DNA of 64,000 nucleotides, taken from positions 130,203-194,202 of the forward strand of contig JBNGIO010006079.1 of the NCBI GenBank assembly GCA_049999805.1, given 5' to 3'. Source of the stretch: Folioceros fuciformis. Its lineage: Eukaryota. Shown piece after piece: positions 1 through 17,096 of this stretch. The notes below the pieces were generated by a model. It searched no databases. It saw nothing but the letters and a program-made list of their open reading frames with translations, and was not told the origin of the DNA. The translations under genes were made by a program, and so were the position numbers. Each line of letters begins with the position of its first letter. The stretch's first letter is position 1.

Positions 1-1990
1 CAATGCCACCTTCAGTCCTTCAAATCTGCTGCAATTCCATTTGAACGTCATCTCAGCTTGCATTTGTGTGGGCCGCCTTACTGTAGGAAAGTGGAAGACT
101 CTTCACCGTAAGGACCTTCCAAGTAGAAGGGGCAAAACTTTGCCTGTTCGGACGAGTTGGGTGCCGAACTTTGGATAGCGCTCCTGAGCTCCCGAGTCCA
201 CTGGCCGCAGCATTTCACCAGAATAGACATGCGGTCTTGGTGAACCTGCGAGCTGGAGGAAATTGTGAAGGGATGCCACTGCAATCCACTCACCGAGGGG
301 ACGCGGAGGAAGATGAAGCTAGCCGGCTTGTATCGCAGACCTGCAAGCATCGTAGATTGGATTGGCATGCTGGTGAAAACCTGGAGAGAAGGTGTCCGAG
401 ACTAAAATTTGTCGGTGACGAGGTCAAGATACCTGGATGCTTGGCGAAGACGAGCTCAAGTGTGTCTCCTGGGAGGTTACGGGATATGATTACAGCCACA
501 GGCTTTCTGGACTGCATGAAGCGAAGCAGACGGTCCAGTGCAAAGAGGAAGAAACCGGCCATAACGAGGGTGAAGAGCTCCAAACCGACGTGGATGGCTA
601 CGAAAAATACGAAGACAATGTATAGTTGGTGCGTGATGTAGAAGAGCTCGAAGAAGCGTTCACGCAATGGGGGCAGCGATGTCACGCAGATGAACAGGCC
701 TGCCACCGTTGCGATGATGCCCGCGAAATTGTTGAAGCCGTCCCTGTTCCAACTCCAGAACTGCATTTCCTCCCACGAAAATGAATGTACAACAGTCATT
801 CAATATGAACCGTTTCCTGAATCAGGGTGTAGGCCCCTGGGCGTCATGTCGGAGGGCTGACTGCAGAGAATTCGTGGGAGGAGCATTTACCTGCTGCCAG
901 AACATTCCCATGCTGTACCACAGGATGAAGTAGCTGGCGCCATGGGCAAGAAGGATGGCCATCATGATGCCAGCCATCCACTTGTGGTACTTGGTTGCAT
1001 GCTGGAAGGAGACGTTCAGAAGGCGCAACAAGACGGATCCTCGGGTGACAGGAAAGAAGATGAAGGCCATGGTTATCAACCCCGCCTGCCCTGTCTTGTG
1101 TCCCGCTGTGCTCACCTTCCTGTGCCATCTGGAGTAACACCAACCATACCGTATGGGTCCCTGGATCTCAGATAACAAATTGAACATAATATTCACTGTG
1201 CAAGAGTTTTCCAACAGACACCAGCGATTCTAGCATCCAACATTTCTCAAAAGCTCGTGGATCACAAATTACCGGGGTCCACCAGTGGACCACATTCTCA
1301 AGTACTACATACCTCGCCTCGTGCGATTCTGTAGGCTTGGACTGGTGATCGAAGTACATGCACAAAAGGTAGATAATGAATCCCGCAAACAGAAGCAGGA
1401 ACACCTGGTCCGCGGCTGTGACAAGTCCAAGAGGACCACGCACCAGGACCGGGTAGCTCCACAAGCTCACCCTGGCTAGCCTTCCTCCCGTTTTGCATTC
1501 CCTGCCATGGGAATCTCGCTGGTTATCACCTCTCAAGGCTGCTCAACCAGAAACTTGCACTTCTCAATTCAAGAACCTCGCATGCTCACGAATTGGTGGC
1601 AGCATCTCGAGGAGGTCGAATTTCCAGGTACACCGCTCCAAGAATCACAATCACGAAGACAGGAGCAGCAAAGAGCATCCAGTTTGCATCTGCAAAAGGC
1701 AACAGTGGACGAAAGATCGGACTCATAACACTCCAAACTCTTGTTCCATCGGGTCCGACCTACAACCAGACCGAACTCCCTGCACTGCTACGGGAAGAGA
1801 GCTCACTCAATGCTCCGTCGGCCCTGAAACTCCCAAGGCCATCGGATACCCGGCTATAGAAATGCCTCCAACGCTCGGCGGGCCGGAAGCACCACAGGCC
1901 CAGCCAGAGGCAGATAACAACGCAAATGCCAGCCTCGAGCGCCGCCACTGCCGCTCTCCTCACCGTCCCGCATCTCCGATCTCCCTCCAT
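1..1990 (-). CDS. FRO: Ferric reductase oxidase (FRO family), multi-exon, 3' end beyond window start
   Basis: Spliced ORF pieces: TM segments, 'FFPVTRGSVLLRLL...ATKYHKW', 'FELFYITHQLY', FAD-binding 'QWHPFTISS', NAD-binding 'LEGPYG'; GT-AG introns between pieces. Confidence 0.9.
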
Positions 1991-2609
1991 CCCCTCCTGC
2001 TTGGAATCTGGAATTGAGCGGAACCGACGATGTCATTCGAGGTCCTTTCAAACTTTGCCTTCGCAGCGGCGCTGCATTGGATCCATCGTGGCAGCAGGTA
2101 CTACCTGCTGCTGCAGCGCATGCGCTGTCCAGACGCCCCGCCTGGCAAGCCGCGGCCGCGGGCTCCAGACACCGTAGGTCGTGATCGACAGTCCATTGCT
2201 CTCAAGGCGTGCAAGCAGAGTGAGACAGAGGTCAGACGGAACGGGGCATGCCGACTGCTAGCGGCCCAGTCTGAACCCCGTTGGCCAGCTTTTCAGCATG
2301 CCGCGGCGTGAAAGCAGTTTCAGAGTAAGACACAAGTCCGACGGCACGTAACGGGGAAAGAGAAAGTAAGGGGAGAGGCGTGCCGACTGCGAGCCGCAGT
2401 CTAGGCCCCAGGTCCAGGCGTGCTCGATTCACGCCCCGTCCGTGCGCTTCGTACATCCATCCAAGGTGTGCATGTATGATGGGATGTCCATGGGTACATA
2501 GATACGTGGTCAGGCCACTTTTTCGACTCATAGAGATGGTGTACCGCCCAACAACCTAACCACATGGCCCCAACCTCTTGTGCGGAAGGGTAGTTATGGG
2601 AGACCAATC

Positions 2610-2815
2610 AAACTAGGGCATATTATTCTACATTGAAACTAGGGCATATTACTATATAATGAAATTAGGATATATTATTATACAATGAAACTAGGGCGTA
2701 TTACTGTACAATGAAACTAGGGCATATTATTACACAATGAAACTAGGGCATACTACTATGTAATGAAACTAGGGCTTATTAATATCCCATGAAAGTAGGG
2801 CATATGCCCTAGTTT
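2610..2815. repeat. Tandem array of ~7.5 x 26-bp units (AAACTAGGGCATATTAYTATACAATG) ending in a near-perfect palindrome
   Basis: Units start at 2610, 2636, 2662, 2688, 2714, 2740, 2766, 2792; final aaagtagggcatatgccctagttt is self-complementary except one position. Confidence 0.92.
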
Positions 2816-2947
2816 TAGTATTTTAGTAAGATACCCCAGTTTAGGGTTTACTAAGTCTGCTTGTTTATTTAAAGGTCGCCCATAATGCATTATAGGCATC
2901 AGTTGGTCTACATAAGAAACATTTTTGGCTCTTAAACAAACGCAAGA

Positions 2948-3081
2948 GGAATCTCCTCCACACTCCTTCACTAGTTGCTTTGCTAGCCATAGAATTCTCC
3001 TCTACACTCCTTCACTAGTTGCTTTGCCTCCCATAGAATTCTCCTCCACACTTCTTCACTAGTTGCTTTGTGGCCCATAGA
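2948..3081. repeat. 3 x ~44-bp tandem repeat
   Basis: gaattctcctccacactccttcactagttgctttgc...ccata repeated three times with few substitutions. Confidence 0.88.
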
Positions 3082-3272
3082 AGTTTTTAGCATTGCAAGT
3101 TGCTTCAAAGGTTTTAATTCTATCCAAGTGAAGATATCTCAAAGCTTTGACATCTAACAAGTTTTGAAGGTAGGTCGATCTTGATATTAAGTGATTATAT
3201 TTGAGTTCAATCTTCATAGATGCATGCAAAAATTCTTGTTCCTCCTCACTTGTTTTACAGCTTTCTTCCACA

Positions 3273-4539
3273 ATGGATCAGCGACACGAAGAGCTTAACC
3301 AGCTCCCCCCATGAAGAGGCTTCCGAGCAAATGATGGATGAGGAACAAAGAGAGCTTAACCAATTCCCCCGTGAAGAGGCTTCCGAGCACATGATGGACG
3401 AGCAACAAAGAGAGCTTAACCAACCTCCCGAAAATGCTTCAACCAACATCGCAAACGAGCTACAAGGAGAGATTCACCAACTAATGGAACATGCTTTACA
3501 ACTTAGTTACACAATACAACAAGAAAGGATAACTCTTCGTCACATGATGAACAACTTAGAGGAGCAACAGAGGATGAACCAACAAGAGATAGAAGCGCAT
3601 TTGTTTATGATGCAACAAGCACAAGGCTTTACCCAACTTCCTCAGGATGTTTTATCAAACTTTTCTCAATTGATACGGCAACAACAAGCGCATATTGAGG
3701 AGCTTTTTGAACATACATCACAGTCTTTTCACACGATGAACCAACACCTAATACAACTTAATCATCTAGTGAATGACATAGAGATCCGACGTGAGACAAA
3801 CCAACAAAGGAGAGAGCATGGACTATTGCTTCAACGCATTGAGGACCAAAATCATGGGATGCAACCTCATAATCTTGTTGAAGGTGAGAACCAACAACAT
3901 GGGATGGAGCTTCACAATCCTATTGAAGTTGCTTTTGAACAACTCAATCACTTAAACATAGAAGTTGTTGCAAGAGATGGACAAGAATCAAATCAAACAT
4001 CTCATGTGTCACCAAGATCTACACAAGATTTAAATCAAGAGGCAACAAATGAAACACCTAGAGGCACAACATGTGGTCAATACGTTCATGAGATGAGCAT
4101 GATCCTCATACATTACGACTCTGATACATCTGATTCCTATTTCGAGGAACCATGGCACATATTCGAATGGGTTAGCGCAGAGTAGATTGAATCAATGTTC
4201 AGCCTTAAATCAGAGCAATGTTTCTTTTACAAGGCGTTTCATGTTCCACCGCCACAACCTAATGTTTCACCTATTATAATTGTATGTCTGCCTAAAGATG
4301 TTTTATCATTCAAAACTGCAGATCGTACATACAAGTACTTGTTACTTAGTGAACAAAATGTCCTATTTATGGATACTTCCTCTTCAAATGAACCTTGTTC
4401 AATATGTATGGAGTCTCTTCCTCCACAATATATTGTATATCTTTGTTCTTGTTGTCGTCATCCATTTCATATAGAGTGTATTGCAACGTTGATTTATTAT
4501 AGCAAAAACTGTCCACTTTGCCGAACTCCTATTACTTAA
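3273..4539 (+). pseudogene. Disrupted Gln/Glu/Asn-rich protein with C-terminal RING-H2 finger (putative E3 ligase)
   Basis: ORFs 3220-4185 and 4195-4539 are in the same frame separated by a single TAG; RING-H2 'CSIC...CCRHPFHIEC...CPLCR'; internal 60-bp tandem repeat 3291-3432; probable original ATG at 3273 shifted by an extra C in the C6 run at 3305-3310. Confidence 0.6.
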
Positions 4540-5094
4540 ATGATTGACAATTCTTAATCAACCAAAAATATGACATATTGGATAACATTACATTCATACT
4601 ATGAATATCATGTGAAAATGAATATGAAAGCAACATTTTAAATGAAGAGAATCCTTGTTAGTGCTTAGAATAAGTGTGGACAATGACTTTTTGATTACCG
4701 AAGCTAACAATTTATAGAACATGTTAAGCTAATATCAATAAAAAAATCTTTATTTAATATCATATATAAATAAATAAATATTTATTTATTTAAGAAGAAC
4801 AAGATGGAAAACATCTGAGTGGGACATGGAATTAATTATTAGTTCCGTGTATTGCCAACATTGTGATTGTTGGAGAAGTTCATAATCAAATGATTCCATA
4901 AGTGTAAAGAATCACCTAATAAATAAGGCAACACCATAATTACAGTATATGCACCCACATGGTTGGGGTCCATCTTCAAAAATGGCTTAAAGCAATCCAG
5001 CCTATTCAAAACAGAATATTAGTTCTCCAAAATACTAATTTATCTATGCATAAAACATAATTAAAAAAATGCAGAAAAGACCATAATGGAACCG

Positions 5095-6690
5095 CTATGG
5101 GAGACGTACCTTCACTTCACGCCGGCTTCGCTTCGAGCACAAGCCTTCAGAAGGCAAGATGAAAGTAAAATGGTGAGCCAAAATCTGGCCCTCTCGCTCC
5201 ATTTGTCCAACCAGGGCGAGCACATCTTGCCCAAGTCCTTGCTGTGCATACCCAGCTATCATGGCATTCCATGTGACCGCATTCTTTGTGGCCAAGCAAG
5301 CTATCGAAAACATGGCGTGCATCTTCCAGTTCGTCACATTTTGCATACATGTGGACCAGGGAGTTAACTTCCCACAACTACATTATCCAGCAGTCCTCTT
5401 TACACGATCTGTGAGTGCAGCTGCCTGCCCTTCTGTATGGCAGCGGTGCTCGCACACGCCCTCCGACGGAAAGCAAAAGTGACATGGTTGGCCAAAATCA
5501 CCCTCTCCTGTTCCATTTGTCCATACACAACAAGAGCCTCGTGTCCGAGCCCTTGCTGGGAACACCCAGCAATCAGCATCGTCCATGTCACCACATCCTT
5601 GGCAGACATCCTGTCAAAAAACCTGGCGTGCGTCTCCCAGTTCGCCACATTTTGCATACATGTCCACCAGGCAGTTGCCAACGAATAAGGTAGCGGGAAT
5701 GCCACTCTGCACCACATCACAATGCACTGTTCTGCCAGATTCCAAGTCCGCAGCTGATGCAGAAGCCTGAAGGGCTGATACAAAGACGTGAGCATCTGCC
5801 TTCTCCCTTGATCTCCGGATCTCATGGTACAGTTGCACGGCCTCATTAGGCTTCCCATGCCTGGCATATGCAGAGATTATGGAAGACCACATGAAGGCAT
5901 CCGGCTGTCCCACCCTGTTTAGCACATCTATTGCCTCATCTAGCCTTCCTCCACATGCATACATGCGCAAGATATGGTTCCCAACATATGCATCCGACTC
6001 GTACCCAAGTTTCATCCTGAGGTCATGAATTCGTCGTCCCGCAACCAAATCTTTCACAGCTGTACACAGTTTCAGCACTTTGCAAAACAGAGACTGAGGA
6101 ATGGCAGACTCTGCCTGTGCTGCCAGAGACTCCAGGGCTCCGACTGCCTCAGAAAACTTCCTATGCTGACATAACATGCTCACAGTTCCACCCGTCAGGA
6201 TGTACGCTCCCCATCCTGTATGCCTGCCAGGTTCAGGCCTGTGTAGAGGCCTACACTTCAAAGGAGAAACACCATGACCCATCTGCATATCCAACGAACC
6301 GAGCTGCGCATCAACCCATGCTGGCTTGAGCCTGTGGTTTAACCACAGGACCTCTCCGGACCCCTTGCGCAGGAACTCGGGCGACCTGGAGTTTGTCTTA
6401 TCTCGTCTGTTATCCCACAGCACGGTAGGATCCAGAAAGAATTGTTGCCACAAGTGCTCCTCCTCTTCCTGGACACGACCATCGCTCGTAACTCCATCCC
6501 CACCGTCAGAATTCAGTGGAAGTGGGAGTGCTACGTTCCTTACACTGCTGCACCTGGAGGCTTCGTTGTTTGCCAGGGCTTGGTTCCTTGCGGCGACATG
6601 AGCTCCATGGAGCTCCTGCTAGATTCCCTGTATACAAACCACTTTGATGGGTCCACACCGGGTCCGGTAGCCATACTGGGACCATCGTCA
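5095..6690 (-). pseudogene. PLS-class PPR pseudogene with N-terminal OSB-like PDF motif
   Basis: PLS repeats ('FVGNCLVDMYAKCG...DVVTWTMLIAG') spread over several frames; frameshift at T6 run ~5616-5621, TAA at 5400-5402, further frameshifts ~5365 and ~5300; truncated at AT-rich island; N-terminal 'LWQQFFLDPTVLWDNRRDKTNSRSPEFLRKGSGEVLWL...KPAWV'. Confidence 0.85.
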
Positions 6691-6990
6691 AGGGACCCCT
6701 TTCGGAACATGGGTCTACCAAGGGACTATGGCAGGATGCCCAGGTGCAAGCTGTTTGATCCCGGACTCATGCAATCAACGTAAAGCATTGTTTGCTTCTA
6801 CCACAAAAAGAAATCAGCACAACAGGCGGATTCAGTTTCTAGCGCTCCAGGTGAACCAACCGGTGAAGTAGGAAACGACTTACCTTCAAAAGAACTCGAT
6901 TTGCAGGAAACGAAGTTACTTCTGCTTAACTCTCTCGCCCCTTGTAGGATTGGTTGCTGATCATCTGTGCCACACGGGAAGGAGGGGCAA

Positions 6991-8930
6991 ATGGTGCAGG
7001 CCAGTCCGAATGCTGTGTTCTATGCGACCAGCTACCACCCCATCCAGGCTGGAAGTATCGATGGGACAGATATTGTTCCGCATGACAACGCTGTGCACCG
7101 TGCGCTGATCGCCTCCACCACTGGGCTTTGTAGGTATTTGATTTCATGCTGCATGATGTGGTGGGGTTGGTTGTGTGGTGCGATCCTGATGAAGACCGTC
7201 ATGTCTCGTGCTGCTGTCTTTTTGTTTCTTTCCTCCAACAGACGATCCAACAGGAGATGTGAAGGCAGAAGGAGATCCGTATTGCACAGTTTTTGTGGGG
7301 CGTCTGTCTAGCTTAACCAATGAGAGCACACTACATGAGGTACAGGCCTCTTTTTGCATGTTGGCACCTTGGGGCCAGGCCTTTAGAAAGGGTGGCATGG
7401 CTCAAACCTGGTGGGAGCTGAAGGGTTCTTCTGACTGCTGCAGGCCATGAGCAAGTATGGACGAATCAGGAGACTCAGGATCGTGCGCAATATTGGTTGG
7501 TTCCTGCGGCTTTTGTTTGCTGGTTTCTGGGCACATTTGTCATGCTTACGTCTTCGAGTTTGAGATGAAATTTTGCGCTTTGTCCAGTGAGCGAGACCCC
7601 CTTTCCGTCGTGCAAGCAAGTGTCCCTACGTTTTCAGGTTTTGATACCCTGTTCGACTACTTGCAGTGACTGGTGCTTCTGAAGGATATGCGTTTGTGGA
7701 GTATGAGAATGAAAAGGAGATGCTAAAGGCGTATGAGGTAAGTCTGTCCAGTCGCCCGACTGCCTCCCAAGTGCAATTCGTGCTGTTGCCTTTGGAGCTT
7801 TGTGTGGACTTTGCTGTCTTCTTTTACAGGGTGCTCACATGAGTAGTGTAGATGGGCACACAGTTCTTGTTGACTACAACCGGCAGCAACTGATGCCTGG
7901 TTGGATCCCACGCCGATTTGGTGAGTATCTAGTTCTGCAGTTCAGAGGTGTGCAACACATTTGAGAGTGTGTGGAAGTTTTGAGTGATTCAATATTTTGC
8001 AGGTGGAGGATTTGGAGGCAGAAAAGAATCAGGACAGCTGCGGTTTGGGGGTCGAGAGCGCCCCTTTCGAGCTCCTTTGTATGTCGTGGCTTGTTGTTTT
8101 GTGCTGGGGACAGGAGAAGCGGGTCCCATGATTTTCATTGACCCCGTAAGGCTTCTGTGGTTCCATGCCTGAACTTGTTGTGCAGTACCGTGATCACTCG
8201 ATGTTGCTTGTGTCAATTTGTGCAGGCGTGCTATTCCACATGCGGAGTTGGAGAAGCTAGGCATTCCTTTGCCTCCGGAAGGCAATTACATGGCTCGATA
8301 TCAGGTACTCGCAGTCGAGCTTCTCCATGAGCTGTTTGATTCTTTGTCTCCCATTATGCCGAATTTTTTTGAAGCTTGAGTGGAAACCTGAACTTTCGGT
8401 GTGCGTATCCTCAGATCCCTGCACCACCCAGACGACCGGCACAAAAAATGGATGACCGTAAGCACAGGCGCTCTTATTCTCCACATGATCCATCTGGCCA
8501 GGTATCGGACAATAGGTTCAGAGAACTGAAGTCATCCAGAAGAGGACCAGACACACCCGCAACAAGGCCTTGGTCCCGTGATTCTCCTCCACATGAATAC
8601 AGAAGAGGGCGAGATTTAGACGTGGGTGTGCCGAGAGATTTGAGAGAGGGCATGAGGAGAAGCTCTGGAAGGCAGCGTGCAGGGGATCGTGGAAGATCAT
8701 TTGAAGAGTCTACTCAGCCTGAAGAGCAAGTACGGAGAGGTGAAGAACGTGATCATCAGGAACGTATTTACGAAAGGGATAGACATAGGAGTTGGGATGG
8801 AGATGACAGAGGTCACAATCAGTCCCGAAAGCATTCAAGGCATGAGGAGGGACACAGGTACAGCCAAAAATCGGATAGTGACGATACTGAGCTGGACAGA
8901 GACAAACCAAGGAAGAAGGTCCACAGATAG
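6991..8930 (+). CDS. SNRNP35: U11/U12 snRNP 35 kDa protein (minor spliceosome), multi-exon
   Basis: '[22 protein letters not shown]', RRM '[13 protein letters not shown]...GYAFVEYE', '[34 protein letters not shown]', RS/RD-rich tail. Confidence 0.93.
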
Positions 8931-9771
8931 GCAGTATAGCTTGTCCTGACTTCTGATGAAACAAAACTTCTCTGGTGAGTGCAACGGTCCGTGTAACATG
9001 ATCAGGAGTTTAGGGTGCGTTGTATGCATGTATCCGGGATACCTTGTGAAACGTGGAAGGAGTGCGTCTGTTTTGAACACTGGTTTCCAATTTCATGCTC
9101 TTATTTGTTCATGTTGTGTCTGTTTGATGCTGAGGCATGTGGTTGTAGTTAGCGGTCAGCCTTGCTGCACGAACAAGTTAGCACTGGGATTTCTGTTGAA
9201 AATGCAGTCTGACTTGCCTTTTTGTTTTTTGTGTGTGCAGTATGGAATCCAAGATTCAGTGACTAACATGGCCACCGCCTCCTCACCATGGAGCTCTTTC
9301 GTGAAACATGCAGTTCTCACACTTCCTTTGCAGCTGTGAGGGTCTAGCCAGGCTACTAGTAGGTGCAAATCACCCGACCAAGCAGTTTTCAAATCGCCTT
9401 TTTTTTTTTCCTGCTTTCTTTGCTGATAATTTGCTTGTCACTGCACAATGTTGACAACGATCCAGGCCAAACACTACCATGTTTCTTGTAGTGGGTGCGC
9501 TTTGTCATCCAGCATGTGGAGCAACCAGGAGGATGGTTCTGCCTGTTACGCATCATAAGCCTGCCCCTAAGCGCATGTGCATGTGTGGTGACCTGAACAT
9601 TTTCTTTAAACTTCATTTCACTGGACGAATGATTTGGTCCAGCTGAAGTAGAGGTTGCTCTATTAGTTGTTTGCAGCAGGGAAGCAACAAGGGACTCTAT
9701 GCAATTTCCTTTACCTCAACCCATGATTAAAAGAAGGAAGATGTATGTACCAAAAGTTTTAGAGTACCACG

Positions 9772-9956
9772 TTGAACCTCGGTCTTGCTCAAAATAGGTG
9801 GAATCCAACCTCATTCAACCTCGGTCTTGCTCAAAATAGGTTGAATCCAACCTCACACTGGGAGCCTTACTCGAAATGGGCAATGTATGCTGGACTCCTT
9901 CTCACTCAAAATGAGCAATGTATGCTGGACTCCTTCTCACTCAAAGTGAGCAATGT
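9772..9956. repeat. Two adjacent tandem duplications (~42 bp x2 and ~35 bp x2)
   Basis: aacctcggtcttgctcaaaatagg.tgaatccaacctca twice; gcaatgtatgctggactccttctcactcaaa twice. Confidence 0.8.
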
Positions 9957-12319
9957 AGTTTGTCATGTGGTGCACATAAGCTTAACTTCCACTTAAGCTC
10001 AACTTCTGACTCAACTTCTTAACTTCTTCTGCCCGTGATCTTTTGTTTGCAATGGGAGCAGTGTACAATTGTCCTTGCATGGATTCTTTATTCTTCATTC
10101 TTCATTCTTCATGAGTTTACTTTCATTATCCACCTTGTCACTGGTAGTTTCTTCTTGCACTTCAAAGTTATTCATCTATGATTTCTTCACATATTGTACT
10201 ATTGCTGATTTCTTCACATGATGCATACCATGGATGGTTGCTTGGCAAGTTCTAGTTCATGCTTATTCATCCATGACTCTTCCTTTTGTGGAGCTGAAGC
10301 TCCATTTCATTTAGGTGCTTTGGTTATGAAATGTATTCGTGAAATCAGACTCTGAAGTAAGAAAGACTAGAACATCAAAATACTTTTGCATGAGTTCCAT
10401 ACTTCAACAACTGTGCCAAGAGATCTATTACAATAGATGCAGCCCATTACTTACTTACGGACTTTGCCAGCCACACCACCATCAAAAATCAACAGCAGGG
10501 CCTCCGAGTAGAAGATCTCGGGAAAGAGGAAGCCCGGCCCACATTTGCAGGAGGGAAAATATTCAATATTCTGAAAAACCCGATCCAGAAAGAATCTGGC
10601 ATGACATGATATATTATAATATATACAATACGAGACTGGCGCATGAGGAGTTTTTGAGTTTTGACCTGGCCGGAAGGCGGCAACGGCGTTGGATATGCCA
10701 GTCCCGGAGAGACGGGCGAAAGAAGGAAGGAAGACGGCAGAAGTGGCCATAATGGAGGGAGAGGTGGCAGGTGGCAGGCAGGAACCTGGTTTGGCGCCAG
10801 CGATTCAAAACGCAAAAACGCCACCATGGCTACCGCATGCCGCGCCACGGCCACCGGTCCGTTGGCGAAAACTCAAAAAAAAACAAGGAGGGCCGTCCAG
10901 CCCGGCCCGGCCCCAGGCCTATATCTGCCTGTCTCTTCCGAGGGTTCGGGCGCTGGAATCGGGGCAGCCGTAGACCGGGCGCTGCATGCCCTGTTGGCTG
11001 TTGAGGGGCGCGCCCCTTTTCCTATGTGCCATACTTGATGTAAGCCCACATCCTTCTTTCTAGGTGGCATGATGCATCTATCCATCCATCCATGCATCCA
11101 TGTCAGGTCAGGCATCCGCCCGTCTCTCCCCTCTTGCTGCTTTTCGTCCAGCATTGTTTGGGAAGTTGTGACTCGAGCCGGAGGCCGAGGCAGCGGCAGC
11201 GGCAGAGCCATAGGCATAGTAGGCAGGGGCAGAGAGGAGGAGGCGGGATCGGGGTCGGAGCCGGAGACGGAGACGGAGACAGGCTTTCTTCGCTTCGTTT
11301 CCTTTTGGCTTTCTAGGAGGGAGGCTTCTCTTTCCCTTTTGGCGATCCGTTCTGACTCACGGCCTTCTGCTGCTGCGTGTGGCGGGAGGGGTCGTCTCCT
11401 CTCTCTCTCATTTGTGTTGCCGCGCCTCGCCGCGCCGGGCCGTGCCATGCCGTGCCTCGCTCGCTCTCTGCCTGCTTGCTCGGCTGCGGTTGTGTCATGA
11501 GACGTAAGCGGAGCAGGAGCAGCGGGAGCGGTCGATCGTCGATTCCCGCGCTCGACTGAATTTTTGCGCTCCGGCAATGCGCCTGCCGCCATCGCTGCCT
11601 GCAGCGCTGCACGAATGGCTCTGCAGCAGGGGCGGGGGAAGGGAGCCGGATCGCTGATCGCCTAGCGCACTGACTGCACTGCACTGCACCGTACTTCACT
11701 GCGCACGCATTGTTGCAGCACAGCACCTGATCCGGCCCCTTCGCGCTGCTTGCTTGTTCCGAGAGTGAGTGAGTCTTTTGCTGCTTTTCTGCTCCTGCTG
11801 CCGGGGTGGTGGTCCTGCTTGGAGTCGGATTGGTAGATCGTGGGAGGAGGAGAAGGAGGAGGAGAATTGTGTTGTTTTGTGTTGAGGTGTCCTGCGTGAA
11901 TGTGTGCTGCTCCTGCTGCTGCTGCTTGCTGCGTCGTCGTCCCGGGTCTGACTGCGTGCCTGCCTGGCGTCGGTCACGTGTGCCTGCCGAGGCAAGAATG
12001 CGCGTCCATGTGCATGCGGCCAGCCGGGCCTGAGGAGGGCCGCGCCAACGCTTAGATCGGCGCCGGCCGGGGCCGTGGGAGCAGGGAGTGTGGGGGAGGC
12101 GGAATTGACGAGGCGGCCCGGCGCGGGATGGCGTGGGGCCAAATTCGGGACAGGGGATGTTGATACTGCTGCCGGAGGGCAGCAGGCCGAGGCCGCAAGG
12201 CCGCGCAGGGAGGGTTCCCGGGCTCTGCTCGCCTGCTAACGGCATCTGCTGGCGCTGGATTTAGGGACGGGGTGCCAGGAGGGGAAGGAGGACTCGGGTG
12301 CGTGAAGGTGAGCTATGCA

Positions 12320-17096
<4,777 letters not shown>

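Noticed and set aside
2610-2815. Regular repeat array resembling CRISPR
   Set aside because: Contiguous 26-bp tandem units without unique spacers; eukaryotic context, no cas genes
6991-8930. U12-type intron in the minor-spliceosome gene
   Set aside because: Introns read as ordinary GT-AG with no RTATCCTT donor
10600-12300. Many overlapping long ORFs (up to 310 aa) on both strands upstream of kinesin-13
   Set aside because: GC-rich low-complexity promoter/5'UTR sequence; translations show no recognisable domain
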